From positions 1 to 36,058 of the IMG/VR virus record IMGVR_UViG_3300029318_000034: a DNA stretch of 36,058 bases; one strand, 5' to 3'. Within the stretch, counting starts at the first letter, position 1, and each line of letters starts with the position of its first letter. Of the stretch, positions 33,458-36,058 are shown piece after piece. The notes beneath the pieces were generated by a model, which was not told where the DNA came from, did not search any database, and saw only the letters and a program-made list of their open reading frames with translations. The DNA is from a virus. Taxonomy: Duplodnaviria > Caudoviricetes. The translations under genes were made by a program, and so were the position numbers.

Positions 33458-36058
33458 TTAATCTGCGAAAGGATTTCCAAATGCTTTTGCTGCTAAACCA
33501 ACGGTTCTTGCACTTTTACTATAATCGTGCAAGACAGTAATTATACCACTTGCCTCCCATGGTTGGCAACCAGGACCCTGAATAACTGTACCCATTGTAT
33601 ACACTTGAGTCGTTCTGGTGGTATTTCCCTGATCATCTGTAACCTCACCAGTATCAGTATCTGGTGTTTTTGTTGGTTGATTGCAAACAAAATGGGATGT
33701 TCCAATATTAACAGGTGTACAACTTAATGTAACTGTGAGTGTCTCGCTTGGTTTAGAATCGGGACGATATTGGCGCATGATATATTTAGTGAAATTTGTT
33801 GCCGTTGGCAAATTAGTAAAACTACCAATATTGGTTTCTACTTTTGTTGCGGGAAGAGTAATTTCTTCAGGATAGACGTCTTGAGTAACATTACCAATCG
33901 TTTCTACAACATTGTTTTCTATTGTATCAGTAGTATCTGTAATCGCTTTTTTGAAATCTGCAGGAAAATCTGATAGATCCAAATAACTTGTATCATACTT
34001 TGGAACCAGCTCGTCGTACAGCGGATCTGTTTGCTCTTTAGTATAAAGACGCTGACCACGTGTATAGAACTCATCTTCCTCAGGATCCGTCTTAATAAAC
34101 ATGGGTTCTGCCTTTTCTTCTGTAGTTAAGGATTGAGGTACACTATTATAGACATCTTCAATTGCTTGCAAATCTTGAGGAGAAACTTTAACTTCATACT
34201 CAGTTCCTTCAGAACCTGTAGGAATAGATTCTACAATGCTTTTAATATTATCAAGTCCTTCTGCACTATATCCAGCATTTACAGTCTCACTAGTTATTTC
34301 TTGATATTGATTATTAATTACTAGTTGTGGTCTATTTACTACATCATATCCCTTTCCAGGTTTAATAATTTCTATATCAGATAATGTCCCTCCCGTAAAG
34401 TCTCCTTTTATAACTGCTTGCTCATTATTACCACCTTCATCTGAAATTGGTTCAACATCAACACCCTCATCCTTTGTAACAATTTCAAAACTGAGTTTTT
34501 CAGTAGTGAGTTCTAGTTTAAACTCTGGATTTCCGTCTTCTGTGCTTGTATTTCGTAATCCTGTCCCACTATCATTAGGACATGTAATACCCAAATCGGG
34601 TGGTGCATCCAATTGATCCAAATTAGACCCACCATGAGTGACTTCAAGAACTTGAATCCGCGCCGAACCGCCAGAAATTGTAACTATATCACCAATAGTA
34701 TATCCAGATCCAGGATTATTTACTCTTATTGAGTGAATGTCATTATCAATTACTGCCTCTTCATCATTTCCATCAACGTCTATTGCTCCAATTATATTGG
34801 TTACATCAATATCAACCGTTAATCCGCTCCCTGTACCACCAGAAGTTGCAATATTTACACCAGTATCATATCCAAACAACTCATCATTGACATTTAAGTC
34901 CTCTAAACTCTGATTTGAGAAACTATATACGCCAGAATCAATATTTACATCAGTAATTCCGCCATTTTCGTCCAAAGAAATGAACGCAAGAGGAGTTGAA
35001 ATGGTATTAAAGATGTCTGGAGCTTCTTTATTGACATCTCCCGTGAGATATTGAAGCGATTTATCCAAAAATTCGTACATTCCAACTAAAATTGCACGAT
35101 CTGGGATGCCATAACCTGCTACAGCGGTAATAACATGGTTTCTACTAGAGGTATATTGCGTATCTTTCGTAAAATCATTACCATTTCCGTCAAGATACGC
35201 TACATGATACGGAAATTCACCAATTTCAGTGTGGAAAGTGCGGTTAATTCTATGTCCATTAAGCGTATCACCCACTCTCATGATGTCTTCAGGGTCACCA
35301 CCAGCGAGAACTGACACAGGACCCACCGCAGAAACCTTCAAATTGATCGTAAAGGTAACTAAAGAGTTGTCTGCTAGACGAAGTTGCGTGGATAACGGGA
35401 ATACTTGCCCCACAGAGAACCCTGTTCCATTGCTTAAAATCTCTGTTAGGATCCATCTGGTGCCATTATATACAGTTGTTGCACCAGAATCGTCATATAT
35501 TGCTTCAATTCTAAATTTTACTCTCAAATCAATTGCATTTACACCATCATTGATATCAAAAATTTCAAAATCAGTAAATCCTGCATCACCATCATTAGCG
35601 TTAGACCAAGGATTTTGAGCAGATGTATAGGCAATACCAGTCCCTTCAGCAACATTCCATGCATCAGCATAGGTTACACCATCGAAACTAATTTCAAAGT
35701 CTATAGCACCATCAGGTAATTGACTAGAAAACTGATCATAACTAAATGCAACTTTGAGTGACTCAGTATCAACCGCAAATAATGTTGGATGTGGACAATC
35801 TTTATCGCCCGTTAAATCTTCACTTGTAGTATATGTCAATATAGTTTTAGCAGGACTACAAGTAAAGTTTGTACAGGGAATACATCTTACCCCATCTTCA
35901 CTCGTTGAAGTTGAAGTACCAGGATCATAACCAGGTTCTCCAGGTGTGCCAGTAGCAGGTGTGCCAGTAGTAGTGGTTCCCGCGCGGGTTTCCAAATAAT
36001 ATGCTGCCTTTCCAATATGCCCTGCTTCATCAGACGTATCATACAGATAGGAAAACCA
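33458..36058 (-). CDS. Conserved cyanomyovirus-type structural protein of unknown function; 5'-partial (true start lies beyond the window)
   Basis: The track starts at TTG 35995, but the frame stays open to the window edge (WFSYLYDTSDEAGHIGKAAYYLETR...). The product is acidic and carries GxGY beta-modules like the neighbouring baseplate proteins. Confidence 0.8.
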   Translation of the reverse strand, partial: WFSYLYDTSDEAGHIGKAAYYLETRAGTTTTGTPATGTPGEPGYDPGTSTSTSEDGVRCIPCTNFTCSPAKTILTYTTSEDLTGDKDCPHPTLFAVDTESLKVAFSYDQFSSQLPDGAIDFEISFDGVTYADAWNVAEGTGIAYTSAQNPWSNANDGDAGFTDFEIFDINDGVNAIDLRVKFRIEAIYDDSGATTVYNGTRWILTEILSNGTGFSVGQVFPLSTQLRLADNSLVTFTINLKVSAVGPVSVLAGGDPEDIMRVGDTLNGHRINRTFHTEIGEFPYHVAYLDGNGNDFTKDTQYTSSRNHVITAVAGYGIPDRAILVGMYEFLDKSLQYLTGDVNKEAPDIFNTISTPLAFISLDENGGITDVNIDSGVYSFSNQSLEDLNVNDELFGYDTGVNIATSGGTGSGLTVDIDVTNIIGAIDVDGNDEEAVIDNDIHSIRVNNPGSGYTIGDIVTISGGSARIQVLEVTHGGSNLDQLDAPPDLGITCPNDSGTGLRNTSTEDGNPEFKLELTTEKLSFEIVTKDEGVDVEPISDEGGNNEQAVIKGDFTGGTLSDIEIIKPGKGYDVVNRPQLVINNQYQEITSETVNAGYSAEGLDNIKSIVESIPTGSEGTEYEVKVSPQDLQAIEDVYNSVPQSLTTEEKAEPMFIKTDPEEDEFYTRGQRLYTKEQTDPLYDELVPKYDTSYLDLSDFPADFKKAITDTTDTIENNVVETIGNVTQDVYPEEITLPATKVETNIGSFTNLPTATNFTKYIMRQYRPDSKPSETLTVTLSCTPVNIGTSHFVCNQPTKTPDTDTGEVTDDQGNTTRTTQVYTMGTVIQGPGCQPWEASGIITVLHDYSKSARTVGLAAKAFGNPFAD
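35941..35970. repeat. Perfect 15-bp tandem duplication (caggtgtgccagtag x2), in frame
   Basis: Direct reading; encodes TGTPA-TGTPG. Confidence 0.9.

Noticed and set aside
2104-35618. Numerous short plus-strand ORFs (60-130 aa) in the track
   Set aside because: All lie antisense to long, well-supported minus-strand genes. They look like codon-bias shadows rich in Val/Pro/Ser/Ile, with no recognisable motifs or expression signals.
35993-35995. TTG start assigned to the 845-aa ORF
   Set aside because: The frame remains open to the window edge and no RBS is evident, so the real start is probably upstream of the window.

Overview
This window is a continuous, minus-strand, late (virion-assembly) operon of a T4-like marine myovirus, most consistent with a Synechococcus/Prochlorococcus cyanomyovirus. 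Read in transcription order (right to left), it encodes: a partial structural protein, an expanded PAAR spike-tip protein, a 48-aa basic microprotein missed by the ORF track, gp25, gp6, a giant 6149-aa gp7-like wedge protein, a gp9/gp10-like fibre connector, a 1375-aa YHYH-domain structural protein, gp8, and a partial VrlC/DUF4815-like protein also missed by the ORF track. Three T4-type late-promoter motifs are present. I saw no RNA genes, CRISPR arrays, introns, inteins or mobile elements. The most striking feature is architectural: the baseplate proteins appear to grow by Russian-doll domain insertion. The clearest case is a triple-nested beta-module in the VrlC-like gene, whose innermost module has a 68%-identical, gap-free copy grafted inside a LamG domain of gp7 about 21 kb away. 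Other notable items are putative amicyanin-type copper sites on two virion proteins, a consensus EF-hand-like loop, and a 7-residue-period triple FD peptide that may dock a trimeric fibre. All domain calls come from manual translation and motif recognition; no searches were run.
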